Origin: Candidatus Micrarchaeia archaeon
Lineage (GTDB): Archaea > Micrarchaeota > Micrarchaeia > Norongarragalinales > UBA8480
Assembly: GCA_039794045.1 (NCBI GenBank)
Contig: JBAMLY010000007.1
Span: 1-35,500 of the forward strand
Direction of reading: 5' to 3'
Length of the DNA: 35,500 nucleotides
Shown here: positions 26,654 through 34,079 of the stretch, one piece after another
Position numbering within the stretch: the stretch's first letter is position 1
How the letters are laid out: the number at the start of each line of letters is the position of its first letter
Program-made: the position numbers and the translations under genes
Notes under the pieces: generated by a model
Databases searched by the model: none
Seen by the model: the letters and a program-made list of their open reading frames with translations, nothing else
Told to the model about the DNA's origin: nothing

Positions 26654-27076
26654 TCAGGGCTCCTCGCTTGAAATAGCTAGCTGGCTTTCAGTTCCATAGT
26701 CAGGGTTTTCTCCCACGTCAATCGCCATAACTGAATCCACTGCATTGCTTGGGTTAACCGAAGAAACAGGGGCAGCGGCGCTGGCCGTCGGCAACGGCTT
26801 GCATCCTTCTCCCCTGTACAAAGCCCATTCCTCGCACTCGGAACCGTTAGCGAAAACGCATACTCCGTACTCGCCTCCTGACGCGTCCTTGCGAATACTT
26901 AGCTTTCCACCCAACTGAATACAGTTAACCGAAGCAGGATTGGAAGTCTGCGCTTGAGAAACGCCGCCCGCAAGCGAGGGAGAAGGCATTGCCGGAGCGC
27001 TCGGCTGTTGTTGGGTGCATCCAAATGCAAGCAATCCAGACAAAAGCACTACTGCAAACAAAAAAGCTTTCTTCAT
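26654..27076 (-). CDS. Lipoprotein with DUF333 domain
   Basis: Lipobox LAFGC; NPASVNCIQLGG..GEYGVCVFANGSECEEWALYRGE. Confidence 0.85.
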   Translation of the reverse strand: MKKAFLFAVVLLSGLLAFGCTQQQPSAPAMPSPSLAGGVSQAQTSNPASVNCIQLGGKLSIRKDASGGEYGVCVFANGSECEEWALYRGEGCKPLPTASAAAPVSSVNPSNAVDSVMAIDVGENPDYGTESQLAISSEEP

Positions 27077-27088
27077 TTCAAACCCCCC

Positions 27089-28057
27089 TCAGCTAGCGTT
27101 GCCGGCAGACTCGTTCAACGGATTCGTGGAAGGCGACGCAATAGTTGAAGCGTTGCCGCGAATTGCTTTCGCCAACGCCTTCAAGTCATCCGCAGCATCT
27201 TTCAAGTAACTCCAAACCTCCTGAAATTCTCCTTCAGCGTAAACCCTGCCTGGAACCGCGAGAGCGGAAGCACTGGCCACCTTGGAGTTCACAGAACCCA
27301 CCATTTCCTGCAAGCGATACTTTTCAGCTATTGGCTCAAGTTGCTGCAAGTGAGCTCGAATGAGGGCAACCTCGAAGCGCGCCCACAAGTGCAAGTGCTT
27401 GTTGCGCGCGTCTTGCACAGCAGCCATTATTTCAGAGGCGTTGCCGCTCTCGATAGCAGCCTGGAGAGGAGCAATGACTTGAGACTGCAAGTCATCCACC
27501 ACAGCCTGCAATTGCGAGACGTCGAAGCCCTTCGCTGAAAGCCGGGAAACAGTATTACTCCAATCGTTCGCCCACTTCCTGTAATAATCTATGCGATTTC
27601 TCGCGTAAGCTGCCTGCTTTTCTGACTCGCAGGCAGCGAAAGCCTTTTGCGCTTCCTGGAAGTCGGCTCGCAGCTTTTTGCGCAAGGCAGTGTTGTTCTT
27701 GCCTGCCAGCGAGCGCTTGAAGAAGGAAAGCGCCCTCACTGCCTCCCTAGCGTGGGGAGCGAGCGACGAACGCACGTAGGAGTCGAATTCCTTGACGCTT
27801 GCGTTGGCAGCATAGCCAGCGAGGACAGCGACATCGTTTTCCAAGCTCGCCTTCAAAGAAGTCATTTGCGTAGCATTAGCGTCGCTGGCGGCAATAGAGT
27901 CAAGCTGCGAAACAGTGAATGCGACCCTGCACTGAAGGTAGCTTAGCCTTGCACGCAAGGCGTTGCCGCGAAAGTCTTTCAAATCGTCTGCCTGCGCCGC
28001 CGCGAAAGGAACCGCGAACAAGGCAAGCAAAGCGAAAACCAAAAACAGTTTCTTCAC
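27089..28057 (-). CDS. Secreted alpha-helical hypothetical protein
   Basis: Signal peptide (M)KKLFLVFALLALFAVPFAAA from GTG 28057; helical heptads; 12 bp upstream of the DUF333 gene. Confidence 0.75.
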   Translation of the reverse strand: MKKLFLVFALLALFAVPFAAAQADDLKDFRGNALRARLSYLQCRVAFTVSQLDSIAASDANATQMTSLKASLENDVAVLAGYAANASVKEFDSYVRSSLAPHAREAVRALSFFKRSLAGKNNTALRKKLRADFQEAQKAFAACESEKQAAYARNRIDYYRKWANDWSNTVSRLSAKGFDVSQLQAVVDDLQSQVIAPLQAAIESGNASEIMAAVQDARNKHLHLWARFEVALIRAHLQQLEPIAEKYRLQEMVGSVNSKVASASALAVPGRVYAEGEFQEVWSYLKDAADDLKALAKAIRGNASTIASPSTNPLNESAGNAS

Positions 28058-28115
28058 TTGACCACCCCCACAAAGCATCAAACGAGTAAAACACAACCAC
28101 ATTAAAGCATTATGG

Positions 28116-28790
28116 TTATGGCGTGGTGGCGTAACTCCTCAGAGCACGGCTCAGCCAATCATAAGCGCGCGTGGCGTCGCTTTCGCGCAGCGCAAAACTT
28201 ATTCGGCTACGCGTATGAAAGCTCGCTATCACTGGCGTGTTAGAGTAAGCGAGTTGGTCAGCGAAAATGCTTAACAGCCCGGAAACCGTTTGCGCTTCAG
28301 GCCCGAAGTACACCGTCAGCAAAACGATGTTGTTGTAGAAGTCCAAGACGTCCAAGTCATTCACTAGCGCCATCACTTTGCTCACGAACTTCGACATTCC
28401 AATTACAGTGATTTCGTCGCTGCGCAGCAAGAGATACATTTTCTCTCCAATCGCCCAATTCACTTGCTTTTCAAAGTCAAGCAAAGCAGAGTAAAGCTCT
28501 GGGCGCGGCTTCAAATTCAAAACGAAAAAGTCTGCGCGCAACACGAGCTTGCACTGCCCCGCAAACTTTTTCACTCCCTGGTCTTCCTTCAAGCTCTCCT
28601 GCAAGCGAAGCCGCCTTACAGCCATCACTACTGCATCAAGCGAGACCGGACCACCCACTCTCTTTTCCACTAGGGGCTGAATCAAGCGCCCCAAAGCAGA
28701 AAAATTAATTAAGTCGTATTTGAAAGGCAACGCCAAGAAAGACATTTCAGAAACTATTTCCCTAACCGCGTCAGAAACAGAGCCAGCCAA
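28116..28790 (-). CDS. ACT-domain-containing putative regulator
   Basis: N-terminal LINFSALGRLI..AVVMAVRR and C-terminal ACT-like SGLLSIFADQLAYSNTPVIASFHT; TTG start with AGGTGG SD. Confidence 0.65.
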   Translation of the reverse strand: MAGSVSDAVREIVSEMSFLALPFKYDLINFSALGRLIQPLVEKRVGGPVSLDAVVMAVRRLRLQESLKEDQGVKKFAGQCKLVLRADFFVLNLKPRPELYSALLDFEKQVNWAIGEKMYLLLRSDEITVIGMSKFVSKVMALVNDLDVLDFYNNIVLLTVYFGPEAQTVSGLLSIFADQLAYSNTPVIASFHTRSRISFALRESDATRAYDWLSRALRSYATTP

Positions 28791-28985
28791 AAACCCACCT
28801 AAACAAAACAAAAACAATCATTTTAAAAAACTTTACCACAAAAAACAACAAGAAAAACAATATTTTGTAATTTTTAAAACAAAAAATAATAATTTCTACT
28901 ATTTTGTGGAAAAAACAAACATTAATATAGTTGTTTGAATTTAGAATGGTGGGGGTGCGGCAAAAAAGTTTGAAGAAAAAAGGGT

Positions 28986-29070
28986 AGTGGGCCGAGAGAC
29001 TTGAAAGGCAGCCTTCAAGGAGGCAATTCCTTTTCAGTGCCTGCTCGCGTCAAGCCTCTCTGGCTTCACT
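28986..29070. ncRNA. Candidate structured non-coding RNA
   Basis: GC-rich island in AT-rich intergenic DNA; long interrupted stem with internal hairpins, flanked by A6 tracts. Confidence 0.4.
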
Positions 29071-29091
29071 CGCAAAAAAGCTGGTGAAAAA

Positions 29092-29316
29092 ATGTACGAA
29101 ATGGTTTCGCAGAAACGCTTGCAAAACGCGACTCTGCAAAACCAAACCGATTTCTACGGCGTAACCGCCCTCTCCATAACCGCGCTCGCCGCCTTCGAAT
29201 TAATAGTAGAATCAAACTCGCACCTCGGCCTAGCCTTGCTCGGCTTAACAGTAATACTTTGCGCGATGACGCGCGATAAAGAAAAAGAACCCCGACAAGA
29301 ACCAGACTATTACTGA
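29092..29316 (+). CDS. Small two-TM membrane protein
   Basis: GGTGA SD; two hydrophobic segments; charged tail. Confidence 0.6.
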   Translation: MYEMVSQKRLQNATLQNQTDFYGVTALSITALAAFELIVESNSHLGLALLGLTVILCAMTRDKEKEPRQEPDYY

Positions 29317-29321
29317 GTTCT

Positions 29322-30155
29322 TCACTGGAAAGCAATTGAAGCGTAGTCCACCACAGAGTCCTCCCCGCTCACGCGCCCGCTGTCACTAAAGTCAAGAAGC
29401 GTTCCCTTGCGAGCGCCAGCCAGCCTCGCGTACTCTGCAGCGGTAACCACTGCGCCAGGCCCGCAAGCGCTCACTCCCTCTTCATCAACGCGCTTCAAAA
29501 ACTCTTTGGAGTCAAGCTCAAGCAACGCCTCAATAGCATGCTCGTCCTTAGCTCTCGCTCTGCGCCGCGGCTCGTAATGAGTAAAGTCGCTGCTCGCCAC
29601 CACGAAAACTTTTTCGCCTGCCTCCCTCGAAGCCATCAAAATACTTTTAGCCAAGTCTCGCGCTACCACAAAGTCCTGGCGCAACAAAGCAATTGCGGCA
29701 AACTCGAAGTTCTCCTTGAAAAAGTATTGGAGGAAAGGCAGCTGCACTTCCGCAGAGTGCTCTCTCTCGTGCGCAGATTCATCAACTACAACAAATTCCG
29801 AGTGCGTAAGAACCGAGGCAGCCACTTTCTGCGAACACTTCGCCTCGCCAAGAGGAGTCAGCCAATTCTCCATGCTGAGCGCAACAGGCGCGCCAGTCCC
29901 AGAATGGTTTGGACACACAATCACGAAAACCGGTCTTACTCCCTTTTCTCGCTCGCACGCTTGCTTCAACGCCTTAAAAGAATGAAAAGCAGTTTTCCCC
30001 GAGTAAACCCATCCAGCGTGAGGCGCGACTACCGCCTTCACTGCTCCGCTTTCAAAAGGATTGCACTCTGCCGCGAAACGAGAAAGCATGGCCTCGATTC
30101 CGCGCTTGCTTGAAGGATAAAAAGACCCAGCCACTGCAGGCAGCCGCGCGCCCAT
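29322..30155 (-). CDS. MEMO1-family protein (AmmeMemoRadiSam protein B)
   Basis: RLPAVAGSFYP, PHAGWVYSG, PNHSG, EHSAEVQLPFLQ, ASSDFTHY, CGPG, VVDYAS; start ATG 30155. Confidence 0.93.
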   Translation of the reverse strand: MGARLPAVAGSFYPSSKRGIEAMLSRFAAECNPFESGAVKAVVAPHAGWVYSGKTAFHSFKALKQACEREKGVRPVFVIVCPNHSGTGAPVALSMENWLTPLGEAKCSQKVAASVLTHSEFVVVDESAHEREHSAEVQLPFLQYFFKENFEFAAIALLRQDFVVARDLAKSILMASREAGEKVFVVASSDFTHYEPRRRARAKDEHAIEALLELDSKEFLKRVDEEGVSACGPGAVVTAAEYARLAGARKGTLLDFSDSGRVSGEDSVVDYASIAFQ

Positions 30156-30199
30156 AAAAAAACAAGTGAAAACCAAAATAAAAAAGAAGTGGAAGACTT

Positions 30200-30787
30200 T
30201 CAAACCTCGAAGTCTTCCAGTTGCGCGGGAAACTCCTCGTCAGAAACAATCGTGCCGCGCGCCTTCAAAACCTCTCTCGCCAGAATCCAGAACAACAAAG
30301 CCAGCGCCTTGCGCCCCTTGTTGTTCGTTGGAATGCACAAATCTATCTTGCGCAAGTTGTTGTTAGTGTCGCAGAACGCAACCACGGGCACGTTGATTTC
30401 AAACGCTTCGCTTACCGCCTGCTTGTCCACGGCAGGGTCAACTACAACGACGAGGTCTGGTTCCACGAAGTCTGGGCGCGCCGGGTTAGTAAAACGCCCC
30501 GGCGTAAACCTCCCGTTAAGCGCTTGACAAGAAGTAAGCTCGCAAAACTTTTGTATGGGCTTCTGCGCGTTGTCTTTCGCGCCCACAACACAAACTTTTT
30601 CCGCGGCGTACTTGGCAATAAATTGAGCGGCAATCCTTAAACGCGAGTCCGTCTTCTTCAAGTCAAGCACGTGCAAGCCGTCCTCGCGCGCCTTGTAAAT
30701 AAATTGGCGCATGCTGCCGTTCTTCGTCTTCGTGCCAATGTGAATTCCCGCCTCCAAATACTTTTCCTGGGGAACTAAAAACTCCAT
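30200..30787 (-). CDS. rps2: 30S ribosomal protein uS2
   Basis: YLEAGIHIGTK, GRFTPGRFTNP, EPD, IPTNNKGRKAL; start ATG 30787. Confidence 0.97.
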   Translation of the reverse strand: MEFLVPQEKYLEAGIHIGTKTKNGSMRQFIYKAREDGLHVLDLKKTDSRLRIAAQFIAKYAAEKVCVVGAKDNAQKPIQKFCELTSCQALNGRFTPGRFTNPARPDFVEPDLVVVVDPAVDKQAVSEAFEINVPVVAFCDTNNNLRKIDLCIPTNNKGRKALALLFWILAREVLKARGTIVSDEEFPAQLEDFEV

Positions 30788-30940
30788 TCTAACACTCTCA
30801 TTCAACGCGCCAAGTCTCAAAGGAAGTGACGCAGTTAGTCGGACGCGAGCACAAAAAGTTGCGCGGCCGCCAAAATAGTTTTGCGGAAAACAATTTATTA
30901 ATTCTTGCTTTAAGACCTTCGACTCACGAAGTGATGCTCA

Positions 30941-31510
30941 ATGGCTGAAGAACTCTCTGAAACAACTCAAGAAGAACTCAATGAAGAGAAGACGTTCACG
31001 CAACGCAAGCTCGACCCCCTCAGAGTAGTGGAAGCCGCGTTGTTTCTAGCAAACAAGCCGCTCTCCTACGCCGACTTGGCCCTCACAGCAAAAACCACGG
31101 TAAAACAAGCCAGGAAACTGTGCGAGCAACTACGCCAGCAATACGAGGAAAACGGCAACGCCTTCGAAGTCGCAGTCGACGAGCAAGCCGCCTCCATGGA
31201 ACTCAAGCCAGCCTACCTCGCCCCCGTAGCAAAGCTATCCAAGCAAGTTGATTTGACGCGCAAGGGCTCGCGCATTCTCGCCCTCATAGCCAAAAAAGGA
31301 GGAATGCTTCAAAGCGAGCTCAAGAAATACTTTAGGGGAGAAATATACGCTTACGTTCACGAACTAAAAGAACACAATTACATCACGGCAGAAAAAAAAG
31401 GCAACACGCGCTTCCTCAAGCCAACAAAGCACTTCCACGAAACATTTCAAATAAGCGAGGCAGCTCAGAAAAAAGAAGAGCAAACAACTCTCCCACAACA
31501 ACAAAACTAG
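30941..31510 (+). CDS. scpB: SMC-Scp complex subunit ScpB
   Basis: VEAALFLANKPLS, ILALIA, YVHELKEHNYI, GNTRFLKPTKHFHETF. Confidence 0.85.
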   Translation: MAEELSETTQEELNEEKTFTQRKLDPLRVVEAALFLANKPLSYADLALTAKTTVKQARKLCEQLRQQYEENGNAFEVAVDEQAASMELKPAYLAPVAKLSKQVDLTRKGSRILALIAKKGGMLQSELKKYFRGEIYAYVHELKEHNYITAEKKGNTRFLKPTKHFHETFQISEAAQKKEEQTTLPQQQN

Positions 31511-32175
31511 TCGCTCGCCGCATAACGAGATGAAACCACTCGCCGAATCTCTTTCGCCTTCTCTTCCCCGATCCCTTCCACTTCTTGCAACTCGTCCTCG
31601 TCAGCCTCGAAAACACCTTGAACGCTCCCAAAATGCTCTAAAAGGCGCTTGGCGGCAACCGGCCCAACGCCCGGCAAACCCTCTACCACAAAACGCTGCA
31701 ACTCCTCCAACGAAGACGCCTTCTTCGCCACTCGCACGCGCGCTTCCCTAGGCTGCTTCAACTGCTCGCGTTCAGCAACATGAAAAATAAACTCGGCAAG
31801 CTCCTCGTCATCACCGAAAAACAATACTGGCACGCCATAATCAACAACCAAAGAAACCACGGCGCCACGCAAAGCCTTGCCGTGCACTCGCCCCTCACCA
31901 CCACCCACCACGGCAATCAAGGGACGCTCGAAGTTTCCAGCCAACTCGCCAGCCTGAACAAACAAGCGCCCATCAATAATGCTTGCCTCAAAGTCACCAA
32001 ACGCCTTGCGCTCCAAACCCACCCTCCGCGAAACAACGAAGTCCGCCACGCTCAACCTCTTCGGAAGCAAGACCGCCCCCAACAAAAAAAGTTTTTTAGC
32101 GCACGCGCTCTTCAACTCGCGGTCGTCCACGAAAACAATTGGCTTGTCGCTCTCACCGAAGACGAGTTCGTCCAT
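31507..32175 (-). CDS. ERCC4/XPF-type nuclease with HhH domain (Hef nuclease half)
   Basis: VDDRE, ADF, ERKAFGDF, DGRLFVQA, GLPGVGP and EVEGIG HhH motifs. Confidence 0.92.
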   Translation of the reverse strand: MDELVFGESDKPIVFVDDRELKSACAKKLFLLGAVLLPKRLSVADFVVSRRVGLERKAFGDFEASIIDGRLFVQAGELAGNFERPLIAVVGGGEGRVHGKALRGAVVSLVVDYGVPVLFFGDDEELAEFIFHVAEREQLKQPREARVRVAKKASSLEELQRFVVEGLPGVGPVAAKRLLEHFGSVQGVFEADEDELQEVEGIGEEKAKEIRRVVSSRYAASD

Positions 32176-32199
32176 GACAATGAAAAGGAAGACAAAAAA

Positions 32200-33732
32200 T
32201 TAAAACTCGCGCAACAACCTCTGCCCCCTCGCTCCACGCAACAAGCCAAGCTGCACCTTCAAAGCCTTTTCCTTCCTGCGAGCACTCCAGAAAAACGCTT
32301 CATCTTTAGTGCCCTTAGCAATCAACACGACTGCCCTGCCAGCCCTCGCCCTCCCAGTACGCCCCCGCCTCTGAATAAAGCGAATCTCGGACGGAACCGG
32401 CTCATAAAAAACCACTAAATCCACTCCAGGCACGTCCAAACCCTCTTCCCCAACCTGCGTCGCCACCAAAACATTGAATTCCCCGCCACGAAAACGCTCA
32501 AGCAAACCAGCTTGCTCGCGCTGACTCATGCCCTCCCGCGCCCTACCAACCAGCCTCTCAGCCTTAACGCCGGCCACGCCATTCAACTCGCCCACGATCT
32601 TGTCCGTAGTAGAACGATAGTGCGCGAAAACAATCACGCTCTCGCCTCCAGCCACTGCCGCGCCCACCAACTCCTTCAACCGCGCAAGCTTGGGGTGCTC
32701 CACCCCCCCAGCCAACAAGCCCTCGCAAGCAATTTCCGCCTTCCTCAAACGAAAATCGCTTAACAACTCCCTCACAGCCTTGCTCTTCGCCTTTCGCTCG
32801 CGCATTCCCTTCAAGAAACCAAGCAAAGAAGAAACCCCTTGGCTTTCCAGCAACTCAATAGCGTGCTCTAAATTCATTGCCTTCGCCTGCAAACTAATCG
32901 CGCGAAAAACCCCTGGAGTCTTCTCGGCAGCGCCAACCAAACGCGAACGCAACTGCAACAAAAAACGCTTGCTCGCCAAACGCACGTCAGCGCTCTCAAC
33001 CACGCCCAACTCCTTCAAAGCCCGCATCGTCTCAGCAAGCATTTCCTCAAGCAAGCCACGCACCAACAAAAACTCGCGCGGAACCTCAACAAACTCCCAA
33101 GCCAAAGCCACTGGCTTCGCATAACCACGAACGTCCTCGTCCTCCTCGCTCTTGACTTCAACGTGCCGCACGCCCAAATTCTCTACCACTTCCCCGAACT
33201 TCTCGCGCTCGGCAGAAGGAGAAGCAGTCAAACCCAAAACAAACGCTCCAGCCTCGCGCGCAACCCGCGCAATAAAAACATAACTGTAATCACCGACCGC
33301 GCGGTGCGCTTCATCAAAAACCACTAGAGAAAAATCCTTTAAGTCAAGGCGGCGCGAAAGCAAGTCGTTCTCCACCGCCTGCGGCGTGCCACACACCACC
33401 CTAGCCCCAGCATAAAGCCTTGCCCGCTCAGCAGGCCCCACTTCCCCGGAAACTACTACAACCTCAGACTCGCCAACATCGAGAGCGCCAGCCAACCGCT
33501 TCGCCTGCTGAACCACTAAAGGCTTCGTGGGAGCCAAGAACAAGACTCGCTTGCTGGAACGCTTCAAGAAAGCCGCAACCACCAACAAAGCAACAAACGT
33601 CTTGCCCAACGCCGTCGGCATCACAAGCAAAGAATTCCCTTCAGCAAGAATAGACTTAGCTGCGCTAACCTGGTAAGAACGAAGCTCCACCACGCCAGGC
33701 TTCAAAGCCAGGCCACCACAAAACTCACTCAA
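32200..33732 (-). CDS. Hef/FANCM-like SF2 DEAH helicase (helicase half)
   Basis: LRSYQ, PTALGKT, LAPTKPLVVQ, DEAHRAVGDYSY, GLTASP, EHPK, EEGLDV, IQRRGRTGR; start uncertain (TTG 33732 chosen). Confidence 0.92.
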   Translation of the reverse strand: MSEFCGGLALKPGVVELRSYQVSAAKSILAEGNSLLVMPTALGKTFVALLVVAAFLKRSSKRVLFLAPTKPLVVQQAKRLAGALDVGESEVVVVSGEVGPAERARLYAGARVVCGTPQAVENDLLSRRLDLKDFSLVVFDEAHRAVGDYSYVFIARVAREAGAFVLGLTASPSAEREKFGEVVENLGVRHVEVKSEEDEDVRGYAKPVALAWEFVEVPREFLLVRGLLEEMLAETMRALKELGVVESADVRLASKRFLLQLRSRLVGAAEKTPGVFRAISLQAKAMNLEHAIELLESQGVSSLLGFLKGMRERKAKSKAVRELLSDFRLRKAEIACEGLLAGGVEHPKLARLKELVGAAVAGGESVIVFAHYRSTTDKIVGELNGVAGVKAERLVGRAREGMSQREQAGLLERFRGGEFNVLVATQVGEEGLDVPGVDLVVFYEPVPSEIRFIQRRGRTGRARAGRAVVLIAKGTKDEAFFWSARRKEKALKVQLGLLRGARGQRLLREF

Positions 33733-33816
33733 TTCACTGCCGCAAACCAAGCCAAACAACTCCCCCCCAAAAAACTTTAAAGGAACAACCAATTAAAAAA
33801 AACAAGGTTGAAAAAA

Positions 33817-34017
33817 ATGGCTGACATTCCACTCGCACCAGTAGAAAGACTAATACGAAAAGCAGGAGCAGACAGAGTAAGCGAAGACGCGGCAGCCGCG
33901 CTGGCAGACATCCTCGAAGACTTCGCGACAGACATCTCCCAAAAAGCAGTACAACTAGCCAAACACGCAGGCCGCAAAACCGTGACAGCCGAAGACATCA
34001 AACTCGCCTACCGCTGA
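33817..34017 (+). CDS. Archaeal histone (HMf family)
   Basis: [40 protein letters not shown]. Confidence 0.97.
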   Translation: MADIPLAPVERLIRKAGADRVSEDAAAALADILEDFATDISQKAVQLAKHAGRKTVTAEDIKLAYR

Positions 34018-34079
34018 AAAGCGCCCGCTTGTTTTATATTCCCCGCAAGCCTTAGTCCTGCAATGAGGTGAAACCACTC

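Noticed and set aside
28800..28940. A-rich AAAC runs as a CRISPR leader/array or replication origin
   Set aside because: No regularly spaced direct repeats, cas genes, ORB motifs or cdc6; looks like low-complexity promoter DNA.
28986..29045. Resemblance to a glycine riboswitch (plus) or a tRNA 3' half ending TTCAAGT-CTCTC-GGCCCAC (minus)
   Set aside because: The core CCGAAG and CTCTCAGG elements are not intact, and there is no adjacent 5' T-stem or convincing BHB. Kept only as a generic structured RNA.
32176..32202. Hef as a pseudogene or readthrough fusion
   Set aside because: Both halves keep all catalytic motifs, the helicase ends in a PIP-like motif and the nuclease has its own ATG. Fission is more parsimonious, although the two ORFs share a reading frame, so readthrough is not formally excluded.
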